59,079 bases of DNA from a virus (IMGVR_UViG_3300025572_000009:1-59079); one strand, 5' to 3'; positions 1-9,572 are shown, counted from the stretch's first letter. Made by a program: numbers and translations. The notes: generated by a model from the letters alone, not told the origin.

Positions 1-11
1 GTTATGATAGA

Positions 12-40
12 AACATAGCACGGACTTAAGGGTTTGGCAA
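12..40 (-). promoter_or_regulatory. sigma70-like promoter pointing across the window junction to the helicase gene
   Basis: Minus strand TTGCCA-17nt-TATGTT; the next minus-strand ORF is the helicase starting at ~59060 if the sequence is circular. Confidence 0.55.
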
Positions 41-80
41 GCCCCTAAGTCGCGTGCTATCTAGCGCGCCAGCAAGTGAC

Positions 81-302
81 TTAGCTGAGCGGAACAGTCC
101 GACGAAAGGAAGGCGCGGCGCTCCCGCCACCCTGGCCTTTGGTGGCTCTATCGCGCCGCTCCTTCACCTCCACCGCGACGTTCGGCCATCCTTCCTGGCG
201 CAGTTGCTGCCCAAGACGCTGGATTTGATGCGTCCAATTGGCAGCCTCCATCATGTCCCGCGCGTCGTAATCCATCGTGATCGCGGCGCGAAGCTTCGGC
301 AT
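81..302 (-). CDS. hypothetical protein between primase and helicase
   Basis: 73-aa ORF with ATG and GGGG/GAG RBS, directly after the primase stop. Confidence 0.65.
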   Translation of the reverse strand: MPKLRAAITMDYDARDMMEAANWTHQIQRLGQQLRQEGWPNVAVEVKERRDRATKGQGGGSAAPSFRRTVPLS

Positions 303-313
303 TGCTCATCCCC

Positions 314-1123
314 CTAGCTTGTTGCGGTTCCGGCCCCGTTAAGACCAAGCTCTTGCCTGATCCGTTCCGGGCCGAAGTATTTCAGATCATCGCTGATAAA
401 TCGCACATAGGTCGGCATATAGCAAGATACAAGCCTGTGAAGTTCGATAGCGCGTTTTCGCGCATCCGGGTCAAGCGCGATGATCACCCTCTCATAGCGC
501 CGCAACACGCCGATAGCTTGGTCCGTAGCGTGCGTGCCCAACAGACCAACACCTGTTGCAACCTCAGATACCGCACACGCAGACGCTGCGTCCTCGACTA
601 TGACCGCGAGGGAATTGTCCTTGTGGCAGATGAACGGCAAGCGGGAACGGCCATAGCGTAACCATTTCGGTTTTACGTCCTTAGTCAATGCCCGTCCTAC
701 GGCGTCCACCACCTCGCCGTTATCCGGGTCACGGATCAAAAAAACAATACGGTGTTGTCGAGGGTCATAGCGTAGATCAACCCTGCGGTGTGAGTAGGCA
801 GGCATGACATGGTTTTTGACCAGCCATTCGGATGCCGCTTCGTTGCTGGTCGGTAATACCCACCAGTCCGGAATGGTCAAAACGGCAGGTCGTTGTTCAG
901 TGTGCTCTCTGAACAGCGCCACCAACTCTGCGGAGCTACGGGCGACACCGGATCGCCCTTTGACAGAACAGGACGCTTTAAAGCAATTCCAGTTCAAGTA
1001 ACCTGACTCCCTGGTTACAGAGAGAGTCGAGGCACCTCCACACGCGAAGCAGTCAAACCGCCTTGTCTCCCCTACAGGAACAGGAAGGCGGCTTACGATG
1101 TTCAACTGGTCCCTGTAGCGCAT
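314..1123 (-). CDS. DNA primase (Zn finger + TOPRIM)
   Basis: N-terminal CFAC...CFKASC Zn finger; TOPRIM motifs VIVED and IIALDPDA (DxD). Confidence 0.9.
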   Translation of the reverse strand: MRYRDQLNIVSRLPVPVGETRRFDCFACGGASTLSVTRESGYLNWNCFKASCSVKGRSGVARSSAELVALFREHTEQRPAVLTIPDWWVLPTSNEAASEWLVKNHVMPAYSHRRVDLRYDPRQHRIVFLIRDPDNGEVVDAVGRALTKDVKPKWLRYGRSRLPFICHKDNSLAVIVEDAASACAVSEVATGVGLLGTHATDQAIGVLRRYERVIIALDPDARKRAIELHRLVSCYMPTYVRFISDDLKYFGPERIRQELGLNGAGTATS

Positions 1124-1198
1124 CTTCGGGTAGTTCTATAGCTAGTGTATTAATTTTTAGATTATATAGCCCTTCGGGCGGGCGCCCCTAAGCGGGGC

Positions 1199-1227
1199 GA
1201 TATAAGCTAACCCCTTAGCTTTTTCAA
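1199..1227 (-). promoter_or_regulatory. sigma70-like promoter for primase
   Basis: TTGAAA-17nt-TATATC followed by an AT-rich leader. Confidence 0.5.
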
Positions 1228-1480
1228 GAGCTATCCGTTAGCAAAACCGCATTTTGTTGCGTTTGGTTCGTTCATAACAAAATGGGGCCTCCGTTTGGAA
1301 AAGACCCCATTTGGACACCAAACGGCTAAGTCATTGAAAGGATTGCATGTCGGGGTAAGGATAGGTGACTTTAGTAACCAAATGCTTGACCTAAGCATCT
1401 GTAACTGCTAGTTTCGCAACAAAACCCTCGACATGCAAATCCAAACCGTTTTGAACGGTTCTAGGTTACAAGTTAACTTG

Positions 1481-2623
1481 TTAGGCAGATAACGTATTAC
1501 CTGCCCCCTGACGGAAAACACTGTTCCACTTGCGCATGGCATTCAATGCCTGTCTCCTCGTCGGCCGAACATAGACGGATAAGACTTGGCGAGACTTATG
1601 GCCGCTGATTGACCGAAGTTCGTCCTCCGTCGCCCCGGCCTCAGCGAGTTCAGTTATTTTAGTCCGGCGCAGATCGCGAAGCTGAAGCTCGTTGGGTATT
1701 CCAGCCGCCCGGCGGATAGGTGTCATCCTGTGGTTGAACGTTATGCTATTCCACTTCCCACCTGTGGTGGGGTTAGTGACCACCAGATCGTCCGGATTGC
1801 CCTCGAACATGGCTGCCACCCTCGGGTCCAGAATGGGGATACAGACCTCACTCTTTGTCTTGTTCTGCTCTAGCTCCACGAACCCCAGGATCGGATCGTC
1901 CTTCTCCCTGTTAGTGTTAGGGACGAAAGCGCCTTTGGTCAGGTTGAATATATCCCTCGGGCGCTGCGCAGTCTCGTAGGCCAGACGAATGACGTCCCCA
2001 ACCTCGGGTTGTCCCATCTTCTCCGCCATGGCGCAGAACTGCTCGACATGCTCGGGCTGCCACCGCTGCTTTCGGTGTCCCAAGTAGGGCAAACGAACCT
2101 TGCCGAACGGGTTGCCGCCACAGAAACCCCATTCCCATCCAAGCTGGAACAGCTTGTTCAGCACCCGGACGGCGCCCGCAGTGAGGTGGGGTCCATGCGC
2201 GACATGGAGTGCCGACACAAGTTGATCCGCGAGGTTCGGCGTCACATCCGCCGCCGGGTATGATCCGAACGGACGGCCATCCACCTCCATGCGCAAGGCG
2301 TAGTGGAGCCATTTGCGGTAATTGGTCTTGGTATCATCCGCCAGACGGACGAAAAACATGGACCGCTGGTAGCGATCCCGCAGATCATTCACCGTCCCCC
2401 GCTCGACCGCCTCTTGGACAGGCTGCGCTGACTCGTCCCCCTTGAGGCGCCTATCAAGCTCGGCATTCAAGACTGCCGCCCGTTCAAGCGCCTTTGCCTG
2501 ATCCGTGCCCAGGGCTTCCCGACGTATGATGCCCGCATGGACGTAGCGTGAGGGTGGACAGAAGTAATAGGCGACACCTCCTTTCGTGTTGCGGGCCTCG
2601 ACATAGCGAGCCAGTTTCGACAT
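1481..2623 (-). CDS. int: tyrosine integrase/recombinase
   Basis: Catalytic pattern R (AQRPRDI), K (QNKTK), RDLRRT (HxxR variant), SGH, Y (VYV). Confidence 0.92.
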   Translation of the reverse strand: MSKLARYVEARNTKGGVAYYFCPPSRYVHAGIIRREALGTDQAKALERAAVLNAELDRRLKGDESAQPVQEAVERGTVNDLRDRYQRSMFFVRLADDTKTNYRKWLHYALRMEVDGRPFGSYPAADVTPNLADQLVSALHVAHGPHLTAGAVRVLNKLFQLGWEWGFCGGNPFGKVRLPYLGHRKQRWQPEHVEQFCAMAEKMGQPEVGDVIRLAYETAQRPRDIFNLTKGAFVPNTNREKDDPILGFVELEQNKTKSEVCIPILDPRVAAMFEGNPDDLVVTNPTTGGKWNSITFNHRMTPIRRAAGIPNELQLRDLRRTKITELAEAGATEDELRSISGHKSRQVLSVYVRPTRRQALNAMRKWNSVFRQGAGNTLSA

Positions 2624-2777
2624 TGCTTAAGCTCCCTCTTAGCTTGGCGAAGGACTTCTTCCATATTGGCGATATGACGCTCCACCTCCGCCAGCGGGTC
2701 AATCATTTACAGGACTCCTTTTTGAAAGGCAAGGGCCAGATTAATAACCTGCGCATCAAAGCGCACGCCTACCCCGG

Positions 2778-2945
2778 CTATTGGTGCGCAAGAATCCTTG
2801 CCTCAATCTCCGCATTCATGCGCTCAACGCGCTCGACAATCTGATGCGCTACCCGCTCACCCTCACGGAATAGAATTAGGGCCGCCCGGTTCAATCGAGC
2901 GGCCCCTACTCTCCAACCATTCGTGAACTCGTTCTGGCGTGTCAT
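2778..2945 (-). CDS. small hypothetical protein (55 aa, not in the ORF track)
   Basis: MTRQNEFTNGWRVGAARLNRAALILFREGERVAHQIVERVERMNAEIEARILAHQ; ATGA overlap with the upstream stop. Confidence 0.55.
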   Translation of the reverse strand: MTRQNEFTNGWRVGAARLNRAALILFREGERVAHQIVERVERMNAEIEARILAHQ

Positions 2946-3496
2946 CCTTGGATTGCCGTCTGCTCGGCACGATCCTTGAACGCCAGAACGGGTTGCGCCG
3001 CAGCTCCCTTGCGAGCGGGTTTCGTCGGCGCCATGCCTCCCGGCCAGCCTTGCTTTTCCTTTTCAAGCTTCGCCCCCTCCAACACCGCAAGGATTTGGCG
3101 CATCAACACCAAACCTCGGTGGTTAAGCCGAACCACACGGTAGCGACGATCCATGACCCACGGCCTAGAGTCTGCCACATCGTAGGGTGCAGCCACCTTA
3201 GCGTTGCGTGCGTCGGTCATCGCAGCAACAGCACGGCTGATACCGGACTGACCGGCACCAAGACGCTCGATGAGATCGGATTGGCTCAGGGAGTAGCGGG
3301 CGTCGCCACCCTCAGCAAATGCCAGCATAAGCTCGACCAGCACCCGCACGTATGAGAGTGGCATGTCATGCTCACACTCCTTGGCAATCAACTCTAGAAC
3401 CGTCTTCAGCTTCTGTAATGTCTCTGCGTCATGCTCCTGTCGATCAAAGAACATATCCCCGGGTGCCTCCATCCTTTGTTTGACCCGGGGATACAT
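2942..3496 (-). CDS. MarR-like winged-helix transcriptional regulator
   Basis: LSQSDLIERLGAGQSGISRAVAAM HTH and DRRYRVVRLNHRG wing; adjacent to the integrase. Confidence 0.8.
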   Translation of the reverse strand: MYPRVKQRMEAPGDMFFDRQEHDAETLQKLKTVLELIAKECEHDMPLSYVRVLVELMLAFAEGGDARYSLSQSDLIERLGAGQSGISRAVAAMTDARNAKVAAPYDVADSRPWVMDRRYRVVRLNHRGLVLMRQILAVLEGAKLEKEKQGWPGGMAPTKPARKGAAAQPVLAFKDRAEQTAIQG

Positions 3497-3579
3497 ATGC
3501 CCCTAGCGACCCTCGGGTTCAACCCCGTCTGTTGTCTGTTTTTGCAGGGCGGTTTAATTTCCCGAGAAGACCGCCGCAG

Positions 3580-4776
3580 TTACGCGGCAGCCTCCGGAGG
3601 CGTGTTATCGAACGCCGCAATCTCTTCATCGGACGTATCGGCATTAATACCGGACAGGCCGCGTGACATGAGATCGTTGATAGCACACTCGCGCACCAGC
3701 CATGCAAGGTTCGCTAGAGCCTTGCCCATCGGCTGACCCCGCTTGTGACAGGCAAGGATCAAATCGGCCGCATCAACGAACCGGGAGATAAGCTCCATTG
3801 GTGAGATTACCTGTGGGCCCTTGGTAGCAGAGGGCGGCGGAGTCCGGCGGGTCCTCGGTTGCCCGTTACCGCCATCACCTGCCTCCCTGGCTTGCACCCG
3901 TCTGATGTTCTGGCGCGTCACCTGTCGGCGCGAGTGGCCACGCTTTGGTCCCGTGTCGCCCTGCGTCTGCGGGGCGGCGGGAGCGGGCGCAGACTCCTGT
4001 TCGGACTCAACCTCTTTCCACGCCGCGGTAATCAGATACTCAGCACGTTCCGCGCCTTCCGTCTTCAGCAGATCGGTTGCGAGCGTGGCGCTCACCACCC
4101 CCTTGCGGATGGCATCCTTGATGCTTTCTGGCGCATCAGCCAGCCGCCTCAGATCGCCAGCATAGGCGACGCTCACGCCAAACTCACGCGACACCTCGGT
4201 CTGCGTCATACTGATCGGTGGTGACATGAGCCTCTTGGCAAGCTCGGCCAGCGCCAGCGGAGACAACGGCTCAGAGTGCCGGTCGGCCGCCATAACGCGT
4301 AGGCGATCCTTTGGCGTCAGGCGGTCATGGATGATCGCCTTGACGGTCTGGATATTCGCGCCGTGCTTCTCGTTCGCGATCTGGATTGCTGCGAACCGGC
4401 GATGCCCGCCGCGCAGGATCAGATCATCACTGCCATCATCGGCGCGTTCCAGGATCAGCGCCTGCCGAAGACCGTTGTGCATGATGTCTTCGGCAAGGGC
4501 TTCCAACCCCTCTTGGAACTTCACAGGGTCGGCGTTCACCCGGATGTTGAAATCGAGCTTGATGCGCCCGATGGGCACATTCTCATAGCTCTCACCCTCC
4601 ACACCCGGGACAGCAGGCTGCACCTCAGTCTGCGTCTCGGTCGCCTGCGTCACCTCGGCAGTCTCGGGAGCTTGCGTCGTCTCGGTCACGGGCTTCTTGT
4701 CCCCCTTCTTGTTGCGGTTGCTACCATTCTGCGCCACCGCCTTGTTAGGGCGGGACGCAGCTGCGGAACGGGCCAT
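3580..4776 (-). CDS. ParB/Spo0J-like protein (ParB N-domain + HTH)
   Basis: LAEDIMHNGLRQAL, GGHRRFAA (GxxRxxA), HTH MTQTEVSREFGVSVAYAGDLRRL. Confidence 0.85.
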   Translation of the reverse strand: MARSAAASRPNKAVAQNGSNRNKKGDKKPVTETTQAPETAEVTQATETQTEVQPAVPGVEGESYENVPIGRIKLDFNIRVNADPVKFQEGLEALAEDIMHNGLRQALILERADDGSDDLILRGGHRRFAAIQIANEKHGANIQTVKAIIHDRLTPKDRLRVMAADRHSEPLSPLALAELAKRLMSPPISMTQTEVSREFGVSVAYAGDLRRLADAPESIKDAIRKGVVSATLATDLLKTEGAERAEYLITAAWKEVESEQESAPAPAAPQTQGDTGPKRGHSRRQVTRQNIRRVQAREAGDGGNGQPRTRRTPPPSATKGPQVISPMELISRFVDAADLILACHKRGQPMGKALANLAWLVRECAINDLMSRGLSGINADTSDEEIAAFDNTPPEAAA

Positions 4777-4809
4777 GATCCTGTCTCCTTCCGCTGTCGT
4801 CGCCGCCTC

Positions 4810-4838
4810 TGCGTAAGGTGACTTTAGCCACCCGTCAA
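4810..4838 (-). promoter_or_regulatory. promoter of the ParB-like gene, overlapped by a palindromic motif copy (4814-4826)
   Basis: TTGACG-17nt-TACGCA; TAAGGTGACTTTA overlaps the spacer and -10. Confidence 0.6.
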
Positions 4839-5008
4839 GCCTATTTTTTTGTTCTTGCCTAACCGTTTCGTTAGGTAAAAGCGATCAATCCATACATAAT
4901 GGCGCAGAGCAACCCCAGCATGGCTAGGAAATGGAAGGCGTCTAGAAGGTGCCTCAAGTCACTTGACACCTTCTCGCCGCCAAGCGCCAGAGATTATTAG
5001 GTGGCTGC

Positions 5009-5284
5009 CTATGCATTTCCCCTCGCCCTCTTACGGTCAGGCCGGTTCTCCGGCTGCGTGGTCGCCTCACCATTGCCGGGATCATTTGCCGTCTCGGCTG
5101 CCGCGTTCTGCGGTGGCTCATCCTGTATCGCCACAGGAATCACCTGCGTTCGAATATGCTGGTAGCCATAGGTTGTCGCAATGTGTCGCGCCATGGCATC
5201 GGCCGCACCGACTGCCAGCGCCTCGGAGTTGAACGGCACCTGGATAACCGCTACGAAAGCAACCTGTTGCGTCGCCATAGGCAT
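5009..5284 (-). CDS. hypothetical protein
   Basis: GAGGAG RBS; packed in the early operon. Confidence 0.6.
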   Translation of the reverse strand: MPMATQQVAFVAVIQVPFNSEALAVGAADAMARHIATTYGYQHIRTQVIPVAIQDEPPQNAAAETANDPGNGEATTQPENRPDRKRARGNA

Positions 5285-5290
5285 CACTCC

Positions 5291-5686
5291 TCACCTATCC
5301 GCAAAAGACAGAGTGTCCAAAATGGAAGCGTCAAGGTCGTAATCTTCAGCGATCCTACGCGCCGCCTTGCGCATCTCTTCTGTGCTGTTCCATACCCCTA
5401 TGAAACCGCCGTAGCCGTCATGCAAAGCTTGCAGAACGGTCAGCAGAAAAATGTTGTCCTTCCCTAAGTAATCACGGACGTTCGGAAACCTATAAAATAC
5501 TTCGGTGACCTCCCACCCCTCCATTTTTTTGTCATAAAGCTCGTCCGGTATTAGACAGCCCACCGCGCATTGCTTACCGTCCAGCCCTCGATAAGCGCAC
5601 TCGTCATGCTCGTTCTTGGCAGGCTCCCCCTGCGCGAATAGGTGAGTCATCACCTTGTTGAAAATTTCTTGTTGAGACAGTGGCAT
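5291..5686 (-). CDS. conserved phage hypothetical protein
   Basis: QQEIFNKVMTHL...CAYRG...CAVGCLIPD pattern typical of phage accessory proteins; TAATG coupling. Confidence 0.75.
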   Translation of the reverse strand: MPLSQQEIFNKVMTHLFAQGEPAKNEHDECAYRGLDGKQCAVGCLIPDELYDKKMEGWEVTEVFYRFPNVRDYLGKDNIFLLTVLQALHDGYGGFIGVWNSTEEMRKAARRIAEDYDLDASILDTLSFADR

Positions 5687-5976
5687 TATGCACCCTCCTC
5701 CGCGTATGCCGTCCCCATGCTCAGGGCATTCAAGGTGGAATGCCATTCCTTCAGCCGGTCATCGCGCTTGATCTCGCCCCTGTATTCCGCATAGAGGGCA
5801 GCGCGACGGCGCCGGTTCTCTTCCCATCTGGCGCGCCGCTTCTCCTTCGCCTTGTAGTGCGCGAAGGAGAAAAACTTGATGCCTGGACGCCACTCCGGAT
5901 TGACCGCTCGACGGGCCGAAGCCTCATCAAGCCGCGCCTTCAGGAAAGCCTCAATGGAAAGCGTGCGGTTGCTCAT
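5686..5976 (-). CDS. hypothetical protein
   Basis: GGAGG RBS; stop overlaps the next start. Confidence 0.65.
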   Translation of the reverse strand: MSNRTLSIEAFLKARLDEASARRAVNPEWRPGIKFFSFAHYKAKEKRRARWEENRRRRAALYAEYRGEIKRDDRLKEWHSTLNALSMGTAYAEEGA

Positions 5977-6037
5977 GTGATCCTCCGCTGGTTAAGTTAC
6001 TTTAGCCTGCGCCGTATCTGTTAGGGACGCACCTTCA

Positions 6038-6508
6038 TCAACCTTTTCGATTGCCCGGCTCGTATTTTCCATGCGCCGCGATGAACCGGCGGCATTCATC
6101 CGCCGTGATCCATGTGGAGCGATCCGCCATATCCACGTTGCGGCGGAAATACCGCCCGTTGAACTTGGCGTAGGATGCGGTAATGGTGTCACAAATCCGT
6201 TCACTCATCATGAACCGCTCGACGCCATCCACCTGTTCCCATCGGACAGGCGGAAGAACATTCAACGCGTATTCCCAATCTTCCGCCGTGATCTCCTTCA
6301 GAGGGTCAAGATAATGCGCCTTTTGCCCCGCATGGTATTCATCCCAGGTCATAGGGCGGTAAGGCTCTGCGCCTTCCTCGATTTCCTTCTTGGTGCAGGG
6401 GTGCGCATTAATAGCGCAAGCGTCAATCTGCGCGGCTTCCATAGTCTGGTAGAAGTTCCAAATCCCAGGGTAAGGCTTGAACCGCGCAATCACGTATTCC
6501 GCTTCCAT
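6038..6508 (-). CDS. DUF1419-like protein
   Basis: EITAEDWEYALNVLPP...FMMSE motif; GGAGG RBS. Confidence 0.65.
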   Translation of the reverse strand: MEAEYVIARFKPYPGIWNFYQTMEAAQIDACAINAHPCTKKEIEEGAEPYRPMTWDEYHAGQKAHYLDPLKEITAEDWEYALNVLPPVRWEQVDGVERFMMSERICDTITASYAKFNGRYFRRNVDMADRSTWITADECRRFIAAHGKYEPGNRKG

Positions 6509-6535
6509 GGATTGCTCCTCCGTTTGCAAGGTTGG

Positions 6536-6564
6536 TTGCTACCCTATTAGCTAGCGCTTGTCAA
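6536..6564 (-). promoter_or_regulatory. sigma70-like promoter
   Basis: TTGACA-17nt-TAGCAA upstream of the 6508 start. Confidence 0.55.
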
Positions 6565-6750
6565 GCGCCAAGCTGAGCCGTCCGCGCATTGATGATAGAA
6601 GATGCCGCCCCGCCTCGGCTGCCTAAAGTGGCGGCTTAAGTTATCTAACCTTAACCTCGGGCCACGGTCCCGCGTCACGTATGCATCCGGCACCGTATCC
6701 TGTTCGATGGTATCAGGCACCGCGCCGCCACTCCGGGGCGCCGCGTCCGC

Positions 6751-7062
6751 CTAACCGGCCTGCTCGTCACCGACGGGGATGTCCCCGATCAGGCCATGCA
6801 CGGCCCGCACCACGTTGTCGGTGTCGCTCACCTCGACGGGCGCCTCGCCCTCATCTGCGGGCCAGCCCAGGCCGCAGTCCGTGCAGAAGCGGGTGGGGCT
6901 GCCGTCGTGCCCGTTGGGCTCGATCTCGTCCGATAGTGCGCCGCCGCACTCCGGGCAGCGGCGGTCAGGCGCGGCCCGCACCACGTAGGCGTCCGGCACC
7001 ATATCCTGTGCGCGGGCACTGTAGGAGCCATCACGAGTCCAATAGGTGCTTTGGTAGGCCAT
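6751..7062 (-). CDS. hypothetical Zn-ribbon protein
   Basis: CPECGG...FCTDCG; GAGGAG RBS. Confidence 0.65.
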   Translation of the reverse strand: MAYQSTYWTRDGSYSARAQDMVPDAYVVRAAPDRRCPECGGALSDEIEPNGHDGSPTRFCTDCGLGWPADEGEAPVEVSDTDNVVRAVHGLIGDIPVGDEQAG

Positions 7063-7415
7063 CGGTCTGTCTCCTCGTGGGGTGGGGGTCATGCAGGCGT
7101 TCGTCTCAGCGGGCGCGGCGTGCCAGCCACGCGGTCATGTTGTCCAGCGTGCGCAGGTCGTCGGCATCCGGCGGCGGCACCGTGAGCGGCAGCGTCTTGC
7201 CGTGCGCCTCCAACAGGTCGCGGCACCGATCCTCGAATGCGCCGCTGTTGAGCTGACCGCCCCAGGTCGCGTAATCCTTGGCCTCGCGGACGATCCGCCT
7301 GGCGAGCTTGCGGCTAATGGTCATCGCTTTCTCCCTCCCCGGCCGGGCACCATTGCCCGTGCCGATGCCATCACGAGTCCAATAGGTGATTTGGTAGGCC
7401 CTCAGTCTGTCTCCT
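7027..7415. repeat. 49-bp direct repeat (7027-7075 / 7367-7415, 3 mismatches)
   Basis: gccatcacgagtccaataggtg(c/a)tttggtaggcc(a/c)tc(g/a)gtctgtctcct. Confidence 0.9.
7106..7324 (-). CDS. hypothetical protein
   Basis: GGGAG RBS; lies between the two 49-bp repeats. Confidence 0.6.
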   Translation of the reverse strand: MTISRKLARRIVREAKDYATWGGQLNSGAFEDRCRDLLEAHGKTLPLTVPPPDADDLRTLDNMTAWLARRAR

Positions 7416-7429
7416 TGAGGTAGATGGTA

Positions 7430-7702
7430 TCAGGCACCGCGCCGCAACCGCATCAGTGAGAACGAACACCAATCATCGTGCGTGATGCCCTCGTGCCATG
7501 TGTTTGTCACGGCGTCAGCAACGGACTTCTCGGCCTGCTCTAGCACTCGTTCATCTTCAACCCCATTCGTGAATTCGGCCTGCACGGCGTCGCACACCGC
7601 ATCATAGGCGGCTTGCCAGCCCTGCTTACCGGCTAGATCAATCCGATCCACCGGCCGCTCTTCCATCGGGGTATCGAGGAACATCGGGATATTGGTCCGC
7701 AT
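7430..7702 (-). CDS. hypothetical protein
   Basis: Acidic 90-aa ORF with AAGGGTG RBS. Confidence 0.65.
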   Translation of the reverse strand: MRTNIPMFLDTPMEERPVDRIDLAGKQGWQAAYDAVCDAVQAEFTNGVEDERVLEQAEKSVADAVTNTWHEGITHDDWCSFSLMRLRRGA

Positions 7703-7717
7703 CGTGTCACCCTTCTT

Positions 7718-7778
7718 CGGTTTCCTAGAGCCTAGCTTATCCCAACTAGGTTCAAGGAAACCGGCCCCGTAGGGCCGG
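7718..7778 (-). ncRNA. double-hairpin element copy E (putative RNase III processing site)
   Basis: CCGGCCC-UACG-GGGCCGG overlapping CGGUU-UC-CUUGAACCUAG...CUAGGCUCUAG-GA-AACCG. Confidence 0.65.
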
Positions 7779-7784
7779 GCAACC

Positions 7785-8900
7785 TTATGCTGTCACAGTC
7801 TGCGACAACACCTGATCCAGCAACCCACCGTTATCGTTCTCAGTAGCCCCCTCGGGGGGCGTAGAACTAGTAACATATACCGTTGGGCCACCGATCTGTT
7901 CAACCGCAAGCTCATAAGCTCTTGACTTCAGAGCATCACCACGTCCGAACCATGCGGAGTCCAGGCGGTTGTCACGCGACCGTGCCCGCGCCTCATGGTC
8001 CACATACTGCGTCACGGCACAGAGCCATGCCCATGCCGTTCCGTGCCCGCCCCGGAGATGGGAACCCTTCAAACCACGGCCGGTAAGTGCCATGCCCCCG
8101 ATACCCATGGCGGCCGGTCGGCTGGCAGCCTCGGCAGCCTCACGTGCCGTCATTTCATCTGGGTTGTGCCCGAGTGCCCGCAGGGTAAGGCGGATCATCT
8201 CATCCTTGGTCAGCTTCGTCTGTGCGAGCTTGCGGAACGTCTCCATCTGGTGCTCAAACCGCTCTCGCACCGCCTCAACATTCAACCCAAGGTCCCGCTT
8301 AACCGCGACCGGATCGAATTCGGTTCGATGCGTCACTCGCACGCCGCTCTTGCCCCTCCCCTTCAGGGCGGCGTTCAGTGTGTTCTGGCACACCACCCTA
8401 ATATCCGTGTCTCGGGCATCCGTGGCACCCGTGCCGTCTGCCGTGGTGGAGAGTAGGACGAACCGCCCAACCTTATCATCCCTGTCCAGCACAGGCACGT
8501 CAGCCGTAGCACGAGCTAGCGCCCAATACTTCCGCCCACCGTGGAGGGTTCCAGCGGTTTCCAGCACGAAACCGGCTTCCTCCGTCAGATCACGGAAGAA
8601 TTCCAGCACCTCTTTCGGTTGAACAATCCGGTAGTCCTTAGACACAATGCCTAGCGGCGCCTTGGTATCCGACCGAAACAGAACATGCCGGTCATCCATA
8701 GTCCGGATAGCGGCACCATCTGGCGCCGTGGCATAGCGCACCTTGGCACGGTGAACCTGCCAGTCCATCCCTGCCGCAACCTGCCACTCCTCGATTGTGC
8801 CGCCCTCCGGCAGATGGTTACCCAGGCCATGCCACGGCGTTTCACCCCGATAGGCCATCTCTGCCGTGCCATTCCGCCGGATGGTGACTTCGTGCGACAT
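7785..8900 (-). CDS. DUF932 / TIGR03299-family phage-plasmid protein
   Basis: MSHE...PWHGLG, LGIVSKDYRIVQ, ETAGTLHGG, IRVVCQNTL, GTAW..LCAVTQYVDH motifs. Confidence 0.88.
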   Translation of the reverse strand: MSHEVTIRRNGTAEMAYRGETPWHGLGNHLPEGGTIEEWQVAAGMDWQVHRAKVRYATAPDGAAIRTMDDRHVLFRSDTKAPLGIVSKDYRIVQPKEVLEFFRDLTEEAGFVLETAGTLHGGRKYWALARATADVPVLDRDDKVGRFVLLSTTADGTGATDARDTDIRVVCQNTLNAALKGRGKSGVRVTHRTEFDPVAVKRDLGLNVEAVRERFEHQMETFRKLAQTKLTKDEMIRLTLRALGHNPDEMTAREAAEAASRPAAMGIGGMALTGRGLKGSHLRGGHGTAWAWLCAVTQYVDHEARARSRDNRLDSAWFGRGDALKSRAYELAVEQIGGPTVYVTSSTPPEGATENDNGGLLDQVLSQTVTA

Positions 8901-8917
8901 CGGTTGTGTTCTCCTTG

Positions 8918-9295
8918 TCAGAGGTTGACGACTGGGAGCGTGCCCATCGCCTTGAGGTCGGCTAGAAGATTTGCCTTCTCATCCTCAAAGACGGTTTGGA
9001 GGTAGTCGGCGCCAGAGTCCGACTCGATGCCCCACACCCCCGCAGAGGTCAGGCTGTATTTCGTGCCGATGCCGTTCCGGACAACCAAGATATCGGCGCG
9101 GGCACGGATGAAGACGAAATGCCATTCACCGCGCTTCCACGCGTCAAGCCGCGCCTGATCCTCCGCGATATAGTTCTTATCCTGAAACAGATAGTCTTCG
9201 GGACGCGTGGTATAGTCCGGCAGTTCCTCCATTTCCCACCGGACGTAAACCCCATCCGCCCACTTGGTATCAACGTGGCGAAACGCATTCGTCAT
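8918..9295 (-). CDS. conserved hypothetical protein
   Basis: RLDAWKRGEWHF...SAGVWGIESDS pattern. Confidence 0.7.
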   Translation of the reverse strand: MTNAFRHVDTKWADGVYVRWEMEELPDYTTRPEDYLFQDKNYIAEDQARLDAWKRGEWHFVFIRARADILVVRNGIGTKYSLTSAGVWGIESDSGADYLQTVFEDEKANLLADLKAMGTLPVVNL

Positions 9296-9309
9296 GGCAT
9301 CCACCCTTT

Positions 9310-9371
9310 CGGCTGCCTAGAACCCTAGAGCCTATCCCTAGAGCTCAAGGAAGCCGGCCCCGTAGGGCCGG
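9310..9371 (-). ncRNA. double-hairpin element copy D
   Basis: Same UACG hairpin as copy E; second stem has compensatory changes (CGGCU/AGCCG). Confidence 0.65.
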
Positions 9372-9377
9372 GTTAAG

Positions 9378-9572
9378 TTACTTTACGTAGGCGTTCAGCC
9401 CAACCCGGAGCCGGGTTCCGTCAGGCAGCAGGACAGGCTGGTTGCCTTCTGTGCTGGCAACGATCCGCGTCTTGCCGGAGGCGGAGGGCTTCGCGTTGGC
9501 GAGCGATACCTCGCCCACATCCACCTCAATCACAAGCTTGCCGCCCTTCACGGTCATGGTGACGTTGTTCAT
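9378..9572 (-). CDS. small conserved hypothetical protein
   Basis: KLVIEVD...PSASGKTRIVASTEGN...VGLNAY family pattern. Confidence 0.75.
   Translation of the reverse strand: MNNVTMTVKGGKLVIEVDVGEVSLANAKPSASGKTRIVASTEGNQPVLLPDGTRLRVGLNAYVK

Noticed and set aside
2467-2706. 79-aa ORF upstream of the integrase
   Set aside because: It has an RBS but overlaps the integrase by 157 nt; only the first ~30 aa look protein-like, so it is left uncalled
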